A stretch of 64,000 nt of DNA, from NCBI GenBank assembly GCA_020137815.1, contig CM035352.1:7936001-8000000 (forward strand), written 5' to 3'. This DNA is from Hormiphora californensis. Taxonomy: Eukaryota > Animalia > Ctenophora. The position numbers and the translations under genes were made by a program. This document shows positions 35,646-48,717 of this stretch, one piece after another (the stretch's first letter is position 1; each line of letters opens with the position of its first letter). The notes under the pieces were generated by a model. That model was not told the DNA's origin and did not search any database. It saw only the letters and a program-made list of their open reading frames with translations.

Positions 35646-37757
35646 CTAATCTGTAATATCAGACACTTTCGTAGTCTCGCTTCCTTCTGCAATCTCTTTC
35701 ATCTCTATTTCAATAGTTGCTTTGGTTGGCCGGAAGACATTCTGTATACTCAGTTTCTTCCACCAAGACAGGACCAACTTGTACAAATCGGAATGGAACA
35801 CGGGGTTCAGACAGCTGTTAAGCGGAAGAATTGAGATGGCAGTGGCATCGTACCAAGTTGAGGAAACTAGCCGCTCCGTGATCATGGTGTAGATCATAAT
35901 ACCCGCCACAAACAACCAAGTAGACAGTTTAACTCCTACTATGATAGCAACCTTTGTTCCTATCTCACTGACACTGTTCTCTCGGAGCGAAGTAATGACT
36001 TTCCTTAAGATGAAGCCGTAGCTGATGATAATGATTATCAGAACAACTCCAATAGTTGCTAGATATCCTGTTTTATAAAGGAGCAGCGTCCCTGTTTTGG
36101 TGCTGAACATGCCTGGGAGGCACACTGGTGACCAGCTATAAAATGAGAAGTCCTGAACTTCATACATACTCGGGTTGTTTGTGGTTGTTTTCAGCTGTTC
36201 TAGCTTCTCATACAGGTTCAGTGGAGATGAGCTGTCGTTAAAGAATAACGCGTGAATCCTGTCAATGTCACTGTAATCTGCATTATATGTTGTGATAAAT
36301 GGGTTTATAGAAGACATCTGGATTTTGGATCTGAAGACCGTCTGTATCTCTTCTATGGGTATCAAAGGCAGGGCAGCATTCGTTAAATTCACTAGAAACA
36401 TCACTACCAAAGAACCCTGCACCAGACACAGTGGAATCCCACTAGAAAAGGGTCTTCCACACTTGTAAGCTCTGGTAACACTCATAAGAAGCACTGTCAA
36501 CAACGAACCATGGCTTGAGAATGTGAAAAGAAAGCCCAGGGTCTGACACAGCGCCCCAGATCGCCACTCCACATCAACTTTACAATACTTGCCGTAGTAC
36601 CACAGGTTAGCAGCTTGAAGGGACACCAAGTAGAGCCCCATGATCAGATCGTGAAACACAAGCGCCACCTTTAAGAGTCTATCAACCTGCAAGTGCTCCT
36701 CCTCAACCCCTCTCCATTCTATCTCGTACAAGTTGTAAGCGTTAGCTATGAAGATTGTTAGGACAGCAAGAGCAGATAAGCCCATTAATGAGAAACTACT
36801 AATGATTCTTTCGTCAGATGAGAATGAACCACCGACACACCCAGAGCACTCATCCAGAGCGTTTTCACAGTCGCTGTGTCCATCACACACCATATCCATC
36901 CCATCCAACCAGTTCGTTTTACTGCAATAAAACCGATCAGGACAATACGTCTCATCCGTCATGTCGGGACAATCGAAAATCCCGTCACACGTTACGTCTA
37001 TAGTGACTTGATCGTAGACAGTTTCGCACTGGTACTTCATGGTGAAGTGACGATTTTTCACCATTCTCCCAGCCACCAGGTTTCCACAAAACTCACTGGA
37101 AACGTTGCAGGCCTCCTTACACATGGTCACGTGATCCAAGGTGGTTTTAGCTTTTCTCAGAAAGAGCATGTCCGCACATAGTAGGTGCTTACCAATCTTT
37201 AGCGGGCATGTGTCTGCACACAGCCTACCGGTCACCTGAGCGAGGTCACGGGTGTGGCACTGTGCCTCAAATGAGGCAGTTGTCGTTGTGTTCCTGCCCC
37301 AGGAATTCTCACACCATGTCTCTTTGGCTCCCTCACACGCTCTCTCATCCTCTCCACCGGGACAGTCAGGAAGAAGGTTGCAAGCAGACTCCACGCTGAC
37401 ACAACCGACACCGCCCGGACAGTAGATTACAGTAGTGTTAGGACAACTACATTCATCGGTGAGGCATTCAGACAGCCCATTACAGACAAGTTCTATCGGG
37501 ATTGTGCAGTTCCAGGTGGCTGTTAGACAGCCATTCCCGTGACCTGGACAAGTCTGGAATCGATTGGGAACCATTGGACAGGTAAAGGAGTTTTTCACGT
37601 GCTTGTTAGGTGGAACCTTTCGGTAGGAATCTGGATCAAAGCTATTACATGTTGTATCAGCGCTTGAAAACTCACAGTCTTGACACGACTCTTGTATGGA
37701 CCTCAGATAGTCGATATTCGGTGCTACGACCAGAGTTAGTAAAGCAAAGAGAAACAT
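35646..37757 (-). CDS. Intronless rhodopsin-class GPCR with N-terminal LDLa/Cys-rich modules (LGR/GRL101-related 7TM), 703 aa
   Basis: Signal peptide. LDLa-type motifs (CNGLSECLTDE, CNLLPDCPGGEDE, CDGIFDCPDMTDE, CDGHSDCENALDE). LGR-like hinge and 7TM: HDLIMGLYL, WRSGALCQTLGFL, VCLP, ILPLNSCLNPVFHS. Kozak ACCACCATG. Confidence 0.9.
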   Translation of the reverse strand: MFLFALLTLVVAPNIDYLRSIQESCQDCEFSSADTTCNSFDPDSYRKVPPNKHVKNSFTCPMVPNRFQTCPGHGNGCLTATWNCTIPIELVCNGLSECLTDECSCPNTTVIYCPGGVGCVSVESACNLLPDCPGGEDERACEGAKETWCENSWGRNTTTTASFEAQCHTRDLAQVTGRLCADTCPLKIGKHLLCADMLFLRKAKTTLDHVTMCKEACNVSSEFCGNLVAGRMVKNRHFTMKYQCETVYDQVTIDVTCDGIFDCPDMTDETYCPDRFYCSKTNWLDGMDMVCDGHSDCENALDECSGCVGGSFSSDERIISSFSLMGLSALAVLTIFIANAYNLYEIEWRGVEEEHLQVDRLLKVALVFHDLIMGLYLVSLQAANLWYYGKYCKVDVEWRSGALCQTLGFLFTFSSHGSLLTVLLMSVTRAYKCGRPFSSGIPLCLVQGSLVVMFLVNLTNAALPLIPIEEIQTVFRSKIQMSSINPFITTYNADYSDIDRIHALFFNDSSSPLNLYEKLEQLKTTTNNPSMYEVQDFSFYSWSPVCLPGMFSTKTGTLLLYKTGYLATIGVVLIIIIISYGFILRKVITSLRENSVSEIGTKVAIIVGVKLSTWLFVAGIMIYTMITERLVSSTWYDATAISILPLNSCLNPVFHSDLYKLVLSWWKKLSIQNVFRPTKATIEIEMKEIAEGSETTKVSDITD

Positions 37758-37865
37758 GGTGGTGTTGGTTTGAATTTTAGCCGGGTTTTTAAAGAACCAG
37801 ATCTCATTAATGTATTCATAAGCTTAGTTCCTCTGCTGCGCTGAGTACAATCAATATCTTCTTGT

Positions 37866-38140
37866 CAAAGAGATAAGGGATTCTTATCTCTTTGTTCCCT
37901 GCATTTTCTCTGACAAGAAAATAAGGGATTCGTATCTCTTTGTTCCCTGCAGCTGCTCTGACAAGAAAATAAGGGATTCGTATCTCTTTGTTCCCTGCAG
38001 CTGCTCTGACAAGAAAATAAGGGATTCTTATCTCTTTGTTCCCTGCAGCTGCTCTGACAAGAAAATAAGGGATTCGTATCTCTTTGTTCCCTGCAGCTGC
38101 TCTGCTTATCTCATATCTCTTTGTTCCCTGCAATTTCTCT
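37866..38140. repeat. 48-bp tandem repeat (~5.5 copies) upstream of the GPCR
   Basis: Unit GCTCTGACAAGAAAATAAGGGATTCGTATCTCTTTGTTCCCTGCAGCT. Confidence 0.9.
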
Positions 38141-38531
38141 GCGAGAAAGAAACACCTTTTCATGAAAACAGTGTCCGAATGGCTCATGGCGTCTCCATAT
38201 ATCATGCTTTGTGGCATGGCTCACACCGTTATTCTATTTCAAAGCAAGCGTGTTCAATGAAGCGTGGACAATGATGATGGTCGGATGGGGGTGTTGTCCA
38301 ATAGTTGCTGTCCAGTGCTGGCGATATGTAGCTTTCTATGATAGTACCTTGTGTGCACCCGATCGAAACAATTCAAACCTGCTAATATTTTGGGACTAGC
38401 TCCTGACCGGTTTCTGAACACCGTGTTACAGACGTTTCTAGCGAGAATATTACTCAATTAAAATTAGAAACTTGTTGATCAACATCACATGATGATTATC
38501 CAATATCAGCTGTCTACCAATTCAAGGCGTT

Positions 38532-38649
<118 letters not shown>

Positions 38650-38799
38650 GCCTTACCAATCAAGCTCGCTTGATGTACGGAAACACAATTTTCAACCCAT
38701 GTCACGCAGAGTCATTTTATTGGCTGACAACCACCACACCATGCACTGTCATTGGCTTGTGTGCGTTTGAAGAGAGAGAGAGAGGGGAGAGAGAGAGAG

Positions 38800-38838
<39 letters not shown>

Positions 38839-39352
38839 TGAGAGAAAGAAAGATAATGAGAGTGAAAAAAGAGAAAAATGAGAGAAAGGGAGAAGTAGTT
38901 TGCCCAGGCAACTTACACTGTCATATTTTTAGAGCGAGACCGACCTTTTGTGTGTGTATGTACGTAAAAATTACTTATTTTAACTTTTTACTGGCCATCG
39001 AATCTAGTACAAAAAGGTAAGTTTGGTTGATTCAATTCATCAGATAAATTATTTTATAATCCAGCACTCACACATCGCCTACCAATTACTCCATCTAATC
39101 ACGCCACTGTTTTCCCCTCCTCTCTCTCTCCCATGTCTTTCCTTCTCTGACTCGTTGTAATGATGTATTTTGTCTGTCTCCTGTACGCCCTTCCTACTGT
39201 TGACTACTGCAGCACTCACCTACTGTTGTTGACTGCAGCACTTACCTTATGTTTGACAGAGAGTTGTTGGGGAAGCCATAGAAGTATTACCAGCTGATCG
39301 ATCATTTGTACTTTCTCAACTATCAACCTTCCCTCTCTCTCCGTCTCTCTTT

Positions 39353-39539
<187 letters not shown>

Positions 39540-40012
39540 ATCTTTCTCTCTCTTTCTCTCCCAGACAGAGCATGTCCTTTCGGTTCGTATAAAATTCCAT
39601 TTACTCTTCCCAAAACTATCAAGTATCACTCTCTTCCTCCCTCTTCCCTTCCTCTCTTCACTTACTATCTGTCTTCCTTCATTTGCTATCTTTTGACAGT
39701 ATGTATGCGTCTAAATATTGAATTTCCCACACTCATCATCGGGACCTTGTGAAAGACCTCTCCTTCTGACTCCTCCCTATCTTTCCAGACCCTCTCTCAC
39801 CGCCGTAAAAAAGGTTTAGGATATCAAAAACTCCTCCCTTGTCTCCAACATGTTTTCTCTAACTCTTCTCCCATATGATTTCCCCAACCTTATATTAGGT
39901 CTTATGAGTTACGCATTTTCACGGTCGTATGCATACTGTTAGAGTATTGGCCCTGACGGAAGCACGCGAGAACTGTGGTCATTGGCCTGACAGTACGCAT
40001 ACCTATAAGTAA

Positions 40013-40076
40013 TAGTCGGACCCCGATTTACCGGGATGCTCGGGCGAAAGGGTTTTGCCCGCTAAATCGGGGTCCC
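40013..40076. mobile_element. Tiny inverted-repeat (MITE remnant) GGACCCCGATTTA...TAAATCGGGGTCC
   Basis: 13-bp inverted repeat with internal hairpin. Confidence 0.4.
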
Positions 40077-40269
40077 ACAGTGACTACTCATTCGCCCCGG
40101 GCCAGAGAGCCCCCGATTTGATAGAGTCTACCAGTGCTGTCACGGTGGAAATTAGGTTACACCGTACCGAGAGAGAGATATTGCCAATTAACTAACACCT
40201 GTAGACACACATACCGGCTGTAGACACTACCCAGGCTTCTCTCTCTCTCTCTCTATCTCTCTATCTCTG

Positions 40270-40327
<58 letters not shown>

Positions 40328-40412
40328 TCTTTCCCTTTCATTATCTTATTTATATTCTCTCTTTTTCTCCCAAATTCCTGCCTGTTTGTGTTCCAGGGAG
40401 TGTGTCTTGTAC

Positions 40413-41383
40413 AGTACCCGCCCTCCCTGCCGACGGACCTCCCTGCCGACGGGTCGGCAGGGAGGTCATTCGGCAGGGAGGGCGGGATATAGGGGTATAA
40501 TGTCCTACGTGCCGACGAGATTGGGATGAGATCGCCGTCGGCACGTAGGACATTTGACCCCTATATTCCGCCCTCCCTGCCGAAAACTCACTCCGAGAGA
40601 GTATTCGGCAGGGAGGACATTTACCCCTCCTATTCACCCTCTGTACCGACGATCGGCAGGGAGGATATTTCACCCCTCCTTTTACCCTCTGTGCCGACGA
40701 TCGGTAGGGAGGGCGTTTCACTCCTTCTGTGAGCTCGAGAATTTGGCCGGCAGGCCAAATACGAAGAGTTCACTGTGTATTGTTCCTCTGAGTATCGTTA
40801 GGGTTAGGGTTAGGGTTAGGGTTAGGGTTAGGGCGGTGGTTAGGGTTAGGGTTAGGGTGGTGGTTAGGGCGGTGGTTAGGGTGATGGTTAGGGCGATGGT
40901 TTGGGCTAAGTTTGGGTTATGGTTTCGTCGGCACAGAGGGTGAAAAGGAGGGGTAAATGTCCTCCCTGCCGATCGTCGGTAGTGAGGCTGAAAAGGAGGG
41001 GTAAATGTCCTCCCTGCCGACGGCCCTACTTGCCGATCGTCGGTACAGAGGGTAAAAGGAGGGGTAAAATGTCCTCCCTGCCGATCGTCGGTACAGAGGG
41101 TAAAAGGAGGGGTAAAATGTCCTCCCTGCCGATCGTCGGTACAGAGGGTAAAAGGAGGGGTAAAATGTCCTCCCTGCCGATGGCCCTCCCTGCCGATCGG
41201 TAGGGAGGTCCGTCGGCAGGGAGGGCAGAAAATAGGGGTATAATGTCCTACGTGCCGACGGCGATCTCATCCCGATTTCGTCGGCACGTAGGACATTATA
41301 CCCCCATATCCCGCCCTCCCTGCCGAATGACCTCCCTGCCGACCCGTCGGCAGGGAGGTCCGTCGGCAGGGAGGGGGTGACTC
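40413..41383. mobile_element. Mutator-like (MULE) non-autonomous element, 9-10-bp TSD GTCTTGTAC(A), long TIRs, internal CCCTGCCGA repeats and (TTAGGG)n core
   Basis: TSD at 40404-40412 and 41384-41392. Left and right arms are reverse complements. TTAGGG array at ~40798-40880. Confidence 0.78.
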
Positions 41384-44300
41384 GTCTTGTACATCAGTAT
41401 AATTGTAGAAATTAGGCAGAATTGTATTACACATCAATATTTGGTTGACACAGCATTATTTGTAAAACGTTCATTTCTTGTTCAAATCATTGCCTCTCTC
41501 TCCCTATCGATATTTTGTCGTTTTCCAGCTGCCTTAGGTGTAATCATTGGGCCATTTAGCAACGCCATGGCGTCTTTGTAGAATTCGGAAAAGCTCTAGA
41601 ATCATCTAGAAAACAATGGACTGCCATTAGAATGGGTCATGGTTTCAAGGGGGTACATCGCAAGTGATAATATACTGCTGGTCAAGAATGCAGGGAAAAG
41701 TTAAACACTTGGTGTTTTTTTTTTTTTCATGTCTTCATCGGTTCCCATATTGCACCCCCCCCTCATCTGTGACCCTGTCAGGGAATTGCCGACCCTATTT
41801 GCTTCAATCAGAAAGGAAGGGCGGGGGCTAAGTCTGAAGCGTCTATACAACATAATGTGAGGTGGGTTTGACGGATATCATTCTCAACCATCCAGTTAAA
41901 CCGTATTCCCCCGTATACGCAAACCCCCCCAAATCTCTGTGCTCTATGCAATTCTTTTCCCCAAAACACTGACAGTAAACTTCTATGTAGTAAAAAACTA
42001 GACTTTTTTGACATAGCTATGACGAAAAACCTTAGGACTATTTTGAAAGCAGGGTGGGAAGCAGGGTCAAATTTTCGTGAAAAAGCATGTATCTGTTGTG
42101 TATAAACGGGAGTGATAGCCGTGTGCTGATGTGCGTTTTGATAGTTTTTCGGAAAAAGGGTTTTAAGCTAAAGGGTAAAAGTATGGTTGAGAGAGCTGAG
42201 AGAGGAGATATAGAAGATAGACGAGAGAGAGATAGAGCGATAGGGGGAAAGATAAAAAAGAAGATTTTTAAATACCATAAAAATGCATATTTAAAGGACA
42301 AAATCCCGGGGCTGGCTCCCATTGCGGATTGTCAATAGCGAGAGGAGGGGAAAGGGAGAGGGAGAGAGAAAAGAGAAGGGGGAAAAAAAAAGGAGAAAAA
42401 GAAGAGAGAGAGAAAAAGAGAAAGAGAAAGTGGACGAGAGAAGCCGGGAAGATGGGTGGAAGTTGAAGGGAAAGTGCAAAGATTAAAAGATCAAAAAGGA
42501 AACTTGCCATGGGGCATCCACTGCGAAGGCTATACTAAAACTCAGCCGACCCCACCAAAACCTTCCTCAAAAAAGAACCAATGCCGGCCTAAATCCCCCT
42601 AAGACCACTATAGAAACAACGCATTGAGTAAGTAACCCTCTCCCCAGGGGATAGGGCCCCCCATGGAAAAATAGCCGGGTGGGTGCTGGGTGCATGGTTG
42701 GTGCTGAACGAAAATTGCTGCGGTAAATGTGGCTAATTGGTTTCATGGTAGGCCGATTTTTTGTGATGGCAGTCCCCACAATAATATATATATATGTATT
42801 GTGACACGGTCCACTTCCCCAAGTGATAGATGGGTGAAAAAAAAAGAATTTTGAAACGCAGGAAAAAGAAGGGAGAGTGAAGAGAGAGGCGCGAGGGAAT
42901 GAAGGGGAGAGAGAAAAGACTAAAGAGAGAAAAAAAAAACTTAAAAAAAAAAAAAAAGAAAGGGGGGGAAAAAAAAAAAAAAATTTAAAGCCTAAAAATA
43001 AAAAAAAGGGAATAAATCAATTTTAAATCCAAACAACGATTATAAAAGACTCCCGGGGGAAACTGCGTGAGAAGGGGCTCCCCCAAATTCAAAAAAAAAG
43101 GGAAATAAAGTAGAGAGCAGGGCCCAAAGTGAAAGGGATGAGCCAGAAAACCGGGGGTTTAGAATAGGTGGCCTGAAAGTTAAAATCATGATTTGTGAAT
43201 TTTGCTGTCGTACCAAAAATGAGAATGGGGGGGGGGGTGCAATAAATGGTTTCCCCGGGAGTTCTCCCCGGTTGACAAAAAAGGTATTACGAGAGTGGTA
43301 GACCCTAAAAATTTTTTGTTTACACATAAGTCGGGGGATTACGGGGCCCCCCCCCGGGACGAATTCGCCCCCCACCAATCGCCCGCACCGACCCCCCGCC
43401 CCACCCGACGCCCGGCACCAAAACCGTGCAATCCCGCCAGGACGCCAAAAAAAAACTCGCGGGCGCGCCGCGCCCAACCCCCCGCCCAAAAAAAATCTTC
43501 GAAAAAGCCCTCGGGAACCCCCCCGGGGGCCTTGCCCCCCCCCCCCCAAAAACCGCCTCAAACCTTACCCCCGGCGTTTTCGGTTTCCTTTCATTCTTTT
43601 TTTGTATCTCTCTCTTTCTCTCTCTCCTCTCTCTTTCCCCTTTCTCTTTCTCTCTCTCTTTTTCCCCCGTTTTTCTCTCTCTCTCCTCTCCTTTCTCTCC
43701 CGCCTCCCCTTTTTCTCCCCTTTTCTTCTTCTCTCTCTCTTTTCTCTCTCTATCTCTCTCCCTATATACAAAGCTATAGTGATGACAGGCGTTCCACCTT
43801 TCCCTAGTCTCTCTCTCCCATCCTAACATTCTCTTCCAATATAACTCTCCTAACATCTCCTGACTTTGCTTGTCTCTCGAGTATTGGTATCGAACAAGAT
43901 ACAACCTCGCCAACAATTACCTCTTGTATGTTTCTAATATCTGGCGACTATGTTGTAATTCCTAGCTTTCTGAACTAAACGCCGTGTAAAACCTTGCTCG
44001 ACCCCCGGGTCTGTCTCTTTTTTTAGCAAAAAAGTAAAAACCAAATTTTTTGTTGTGGCAACTGTATCATGTAAAAACCCCGAGTTTGTTAGCCGTTTTT
44101 TTTTTGGGTACCCCTACTGCAATGGAGGACGGAAGTGTAGACTTTACACCATTTTGGGGGCCCTTTCTCGATCAATTGTTTTTCGATGTAAGTTCAGCCC
44201 TAGTTTTTCTATCACTTTTTTTTTATTTTTTCTTTTCGCTTCTTCTCTCTTTCTTTTATTTTCAAAGTTCTCTCTTCCCCTCTCTCTCTTCTCTTCTCCC

Positions 44301-44523
44301 CCCTTTCTCTTTTTTCTTTTCCCCTCTTTTTTTTTAAATTTCCCAAATTTTTGGGGAGGCCCCAGTGTAAAAGGCATTTTAAATGCCTAAAAAATACAAA
44401 ATACTGAGCCATTTGGGGTTTCTGCAGCGGTTTTAGTAGTACTTCCCCTATTTCTCCCCGATTTTTCTTTATTCTCTAAAAAAAGTACTTCTCTCATTTT
44501 CTAGGACTCTCTATTTCTCTCCT

Positions 44524-44554
<31 letters not shown>

Positions 44555-45914
44555 CTTTGACCCATGATTTGATCTTTGTAAAATGAGAATCTCCCTCATC
44601 AAACCACCAATCTAGATGAGGCTTCGAGATCTCATCACCCAACCAGAACATCCATTTACAATCTGATTTATCAAAACTTTCCTGAATATTTAAATAAAAT
44701 ACGTAATAGATCTGTCTCTATCTTTTTAAACATCCATTAATTTCCTTTAGCCCTGGACATAGTTTCACGCTTATTTTCCTAATGGTTTCGGTTAGTGCAC
44801 TTGGACGTTCAAATTTCAAATTTTCAACTTTTTTGTTTAAACGGTACACAAAGCACTCTCCAAAAATCCTCCCGTAGGGCCCCAGACCGCAGGAGGCAAA
44901 AGAGGGGGAGGGAGGGGAGAGGAGGGAATGGGGGAGAGAAGGGGGAGAGAGAGGTTGGGGGAAAGAGGGGGGGGAGAGGGGGGGGAGGAGAGGGGAGGGG
45001 AGAGGGGAGGGGAAGGGGAGGGGGGGGAGGGGGGGGGCTTTTTTATAACCTGTGTATATCATTATGTGAGATTATTCACACACAAGTGCTCTGGATAAAG
45101 GTCGCATACATTGCTGTGTAGATCTGTGCCGCATCCTACAGGTTTCAGATTTCCCGATTTCTGCTGGGGTTTGGGTCTGTACAGGGCCCATCTGCCAAAA
45201 AGCTCCCCATCTTAGACCTTTCTATTAACAATGGGGGGGGGGGGGCCCTTCTAAGGGGGGGGGGAACTCCTGGGACAAAAACCCCAAAAGGGGGAAAGGA
45301 TATAATTTGCCCCAACAAATAACTAAGTTAGTTAGGGGGAAAAAATTAGAAGATGAAACCCTTCTCTATGTTTTTGTGGGAAAAAATCTAACATAATATT
45401 TATGGAATAAGGCCCCCTCATGTTGGTACTCTAATAAAGACGGTTATGTAATAGTAAACTTTGTCATTATATCCCTACTATGTTGAAGTACTGAAGTAGG
45501 GATGGAGAATGAAATATTGAAGAAAAAAAGAAGAACAATTTGGCAATAGTTTTAGACCCCCGGTTTTCCAAAAGGATGCAATTGAAATTATTTTTTTTTT
45601 TTTTTGTTTTTTTGATGTTTTAGGACCCTTTTGCCCAAAAAAGGTTCATCGGAGGTAAAATTCAGGGTGGGAGTTCCTTCATCACGTGTGTAATGTAACT
45701 AAACATTGCATATACCCGGTACTTCCGCTCCAAGGGATTGATACAAGATGTGTTGGAGAGAGGGGAGGGGTGGGAGAGAGAGGGAGAGAGAAGGAGAGTG
45801 TGTGTGTGTGTGTGTACACTGTACGGTTTGTACACGTCATTTTAATATAGTTTTATTTTCCCTTGGTATTTTTGTATGCAAAACAGCTGAGTCACACTGA
45901 TATACCCCCCTGCA

Positions 45915-46600
45915 CGACCACCTCCCTTTAAAATCGACCAATCCCTTCAATAAGAACCCTCCCCCAATATCAGACCACCCCCCTTCAATAGACCACCTCC
46001 CCTTCAATACCGACCCCCTCCCCCAATTTCAGACCACCCCCCTTAAACATACTCAACCCCCTCCCTTTAATATACCCACCTCCCCTTCAAAATTTTACCA
46101 CCTTTCCCTTCAATATGACCACCTCCCTTCAATATCAGACCACCTCCCTTCAATATCAGACCACCTCCCTTCAATATCAGACCACCTCCCCTTCAATATG
46201 AGACCACCTCCCTTCAATATCAGACCACCTCCCTTCAATATCAGACCACCTCCCTTCAATATGACCACCTCCCTTCAATATCAGACCACCTCCCTTCAAT
46301 ATGACCACCTCCCTTCAATACGACCACCTCTCTTCAATATCAGACCACCTCCTTTCAATATCAGACCACCTCCTTTCAATATGACCACCTCCCTTCAATA
46401 TCAGACCACCTCCCTTCAATATCAGACCACCTCCTTTCAATATCAGACCACCTCCTTTCAATATGACCACCTCCCTTCAATATCAGACCACCTCCCTTCA
46501 ATATCAGACCACCTCCCTTCAATATCAGACCACCTCCCTTCAATATCAGACCACCTCCCTTCAATATGACCACCTCCCTTCAATATGACCACCTCCTTTT
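45915..46600. repeat. 19/21-bp minisatellite (GACCACCTCCCTTCAATAT[CA])n
   Basis: Direct read; degenerate at the 5' end. Confidence 0.9.
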
Positions 46601-47373
46601 CTATCTTTTGATACCAACTCATTCTATCATTCGAGACATCCATCACCAGTCACTAAAATCCAGATTTTAATAATGTGAACCTTCGGGGCAGATGAAGAGG
46701 CGCCAGCCAAGTCTAAACGTACAGTATGTACAGGATGTTCGTATCCACAATGAGCCAAAGGCGGGTAAGTCATGGACTTCCCGCACACAGATGCAACGTG
46801 CAAATTCATAGTCCTGATTTGAATTTACCACACTGCACGCGATATTCAACTCCAGTTTCGTGCACACTACCGGTTCAAATTATTAAAATCTAGCCCCATA
46901 TATATCCCCCAGATCTAGACTTTAAACCATGCCTCATACTCCACCCATTTTAACTGTTTATTATTAGTGGAACTACCAAGTACCAAGTACCAAGTACCAA
47001 CTACCAGGGTTATTTTAACCACGTCACAAGCATACATAGGTACTTGTACAAAGAGGAGCTTGCTATCGTAATGATCATGAATGCATGTATCCCCTATTGA
47101 TCGGGATATCTCTCATTTTCTCTCTATTTAAATTTCTTTGATTTTTCATTCAGGCCGTGACAAATGTCATACAGTATCTGATCCCTCTTTCTCATTCTTT
47201 CTTTCTTTGCTTCTTTCTCTCTCTTTCATAAAGTATCCACAAGTTGTTAAACATATCTCTCTCTCATGCGTATACTAAATGTGTGATATTCGTGCTTCTA
47301 ATGTGCACTTGAGAGATCGGCCCTCCTGGAACCATCATGATTTCTTAGAGAGAGAGATCGAGATAAGTCAGCA

Positions 47374-47557
<184 letters not shown>

Positions 47558-48005
47558 TGTGCACTTGTAAAATGAAGCACAAACAAGCCCTCCCTCGCAC
47601 GTTCTCTCAATTCTTCGTGTGCACGAGAAGAGGTGAAAATAAGCTGCCACTACTACGAGAGCGGCTTGACAAGCTCAAATAATATCGTCATTATCAGTCC
47701 ACGCCCTTTTTAAACACGAATATTACTAAATACTCAGTAAAATACCCCGCGATGTAAAACATCCCTATCTGATACCATCTGATTCACAAACCTGGATAGT
47801 TTCACAAGTCAGTCAATATAAACCTGGATATTGGACCGATCTTATCTAACCTGCTTTCTTCTAATCTAGATTTTCGATATGACTGATGTCCTCTAATTCT
47901 CCACATACGCTTGTATTGGGCAATTTTTGCCGAACACACGCCACACACACACACACGTGCCTACATTAACATACCATATGAATGAGAAAGGGAGAGATAA
48001 GGAGA

Positions 48006-48066
<61 letters not shown>

Positions 48067-48080
48067 ATCCTACCTAAGTA

Positions 48081-48717
48081 CACGGTGTTCATATGGGATC
48101 TTTACAAGCGTTGGGCTTCATCCAGAAAACAGTTGACAAGATTAGGTCGTGAAACTTCATACTTGGACTATTCTATACCCTCATTCAAGGTTCCTGGGGA
48201 TTTTGGAGCTCTAGTACCCCGGGAAGTGTGTTTTTGGCATCAAAACTACCAGAGGGAATTTTTTGCTGGTGCTGAGACTTTGCTAAAATGTTTTTTGGGT
48301 ATTTTCTATGTCAATCCTAAAGTTTCATGGAGATTGGATGTGTTTTTCGGACTCAAAACTTCATAGAAAGTGGCTGGAAAGACTCCATTTTTGCCGTTTA
48401 TGAGCCGTTTTCGAGCCTTTCCAGCCACTTTTTATGAAATTTTGAGTCCAGAAAACACATCCAATCTCCATGAAACTTTAGGATTGACATAGAAAATACC
48501 CAAAAAACATTTTAGCAAAGTCTCAGCACCAGCAAAAAATTCCTTCTGGTAGTTTTGATGCCAAAAACATACTTCCCGGGGTACTAGAGCTCCAAAACCC
48601 CCAGGAACCTTGAATGAGGGTATAGAATAGTCCAAGTATGAAGTTTCATGACCTCATCTTGTCAACTTTTTTCTGGGTGAAGCCCAACGCTTGTAAAGAT
48701 CCAAAATGAACACCCTG
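48081..48717. mobile_element. Tc1/mariner-type foldback MITE, TA TSD
   Basis: TA|CACGGTGTTCAT...ATGAACACCCTG|TA with ~300-bp inverted arms. Confidence 0.85.

Noticed and set aside
41700-46100. Pro/Gly/Lys/Phe-rich ORFs (e.g. 43040-43916)
   Set aside because: Same degraded sequence signature; no homology recognised
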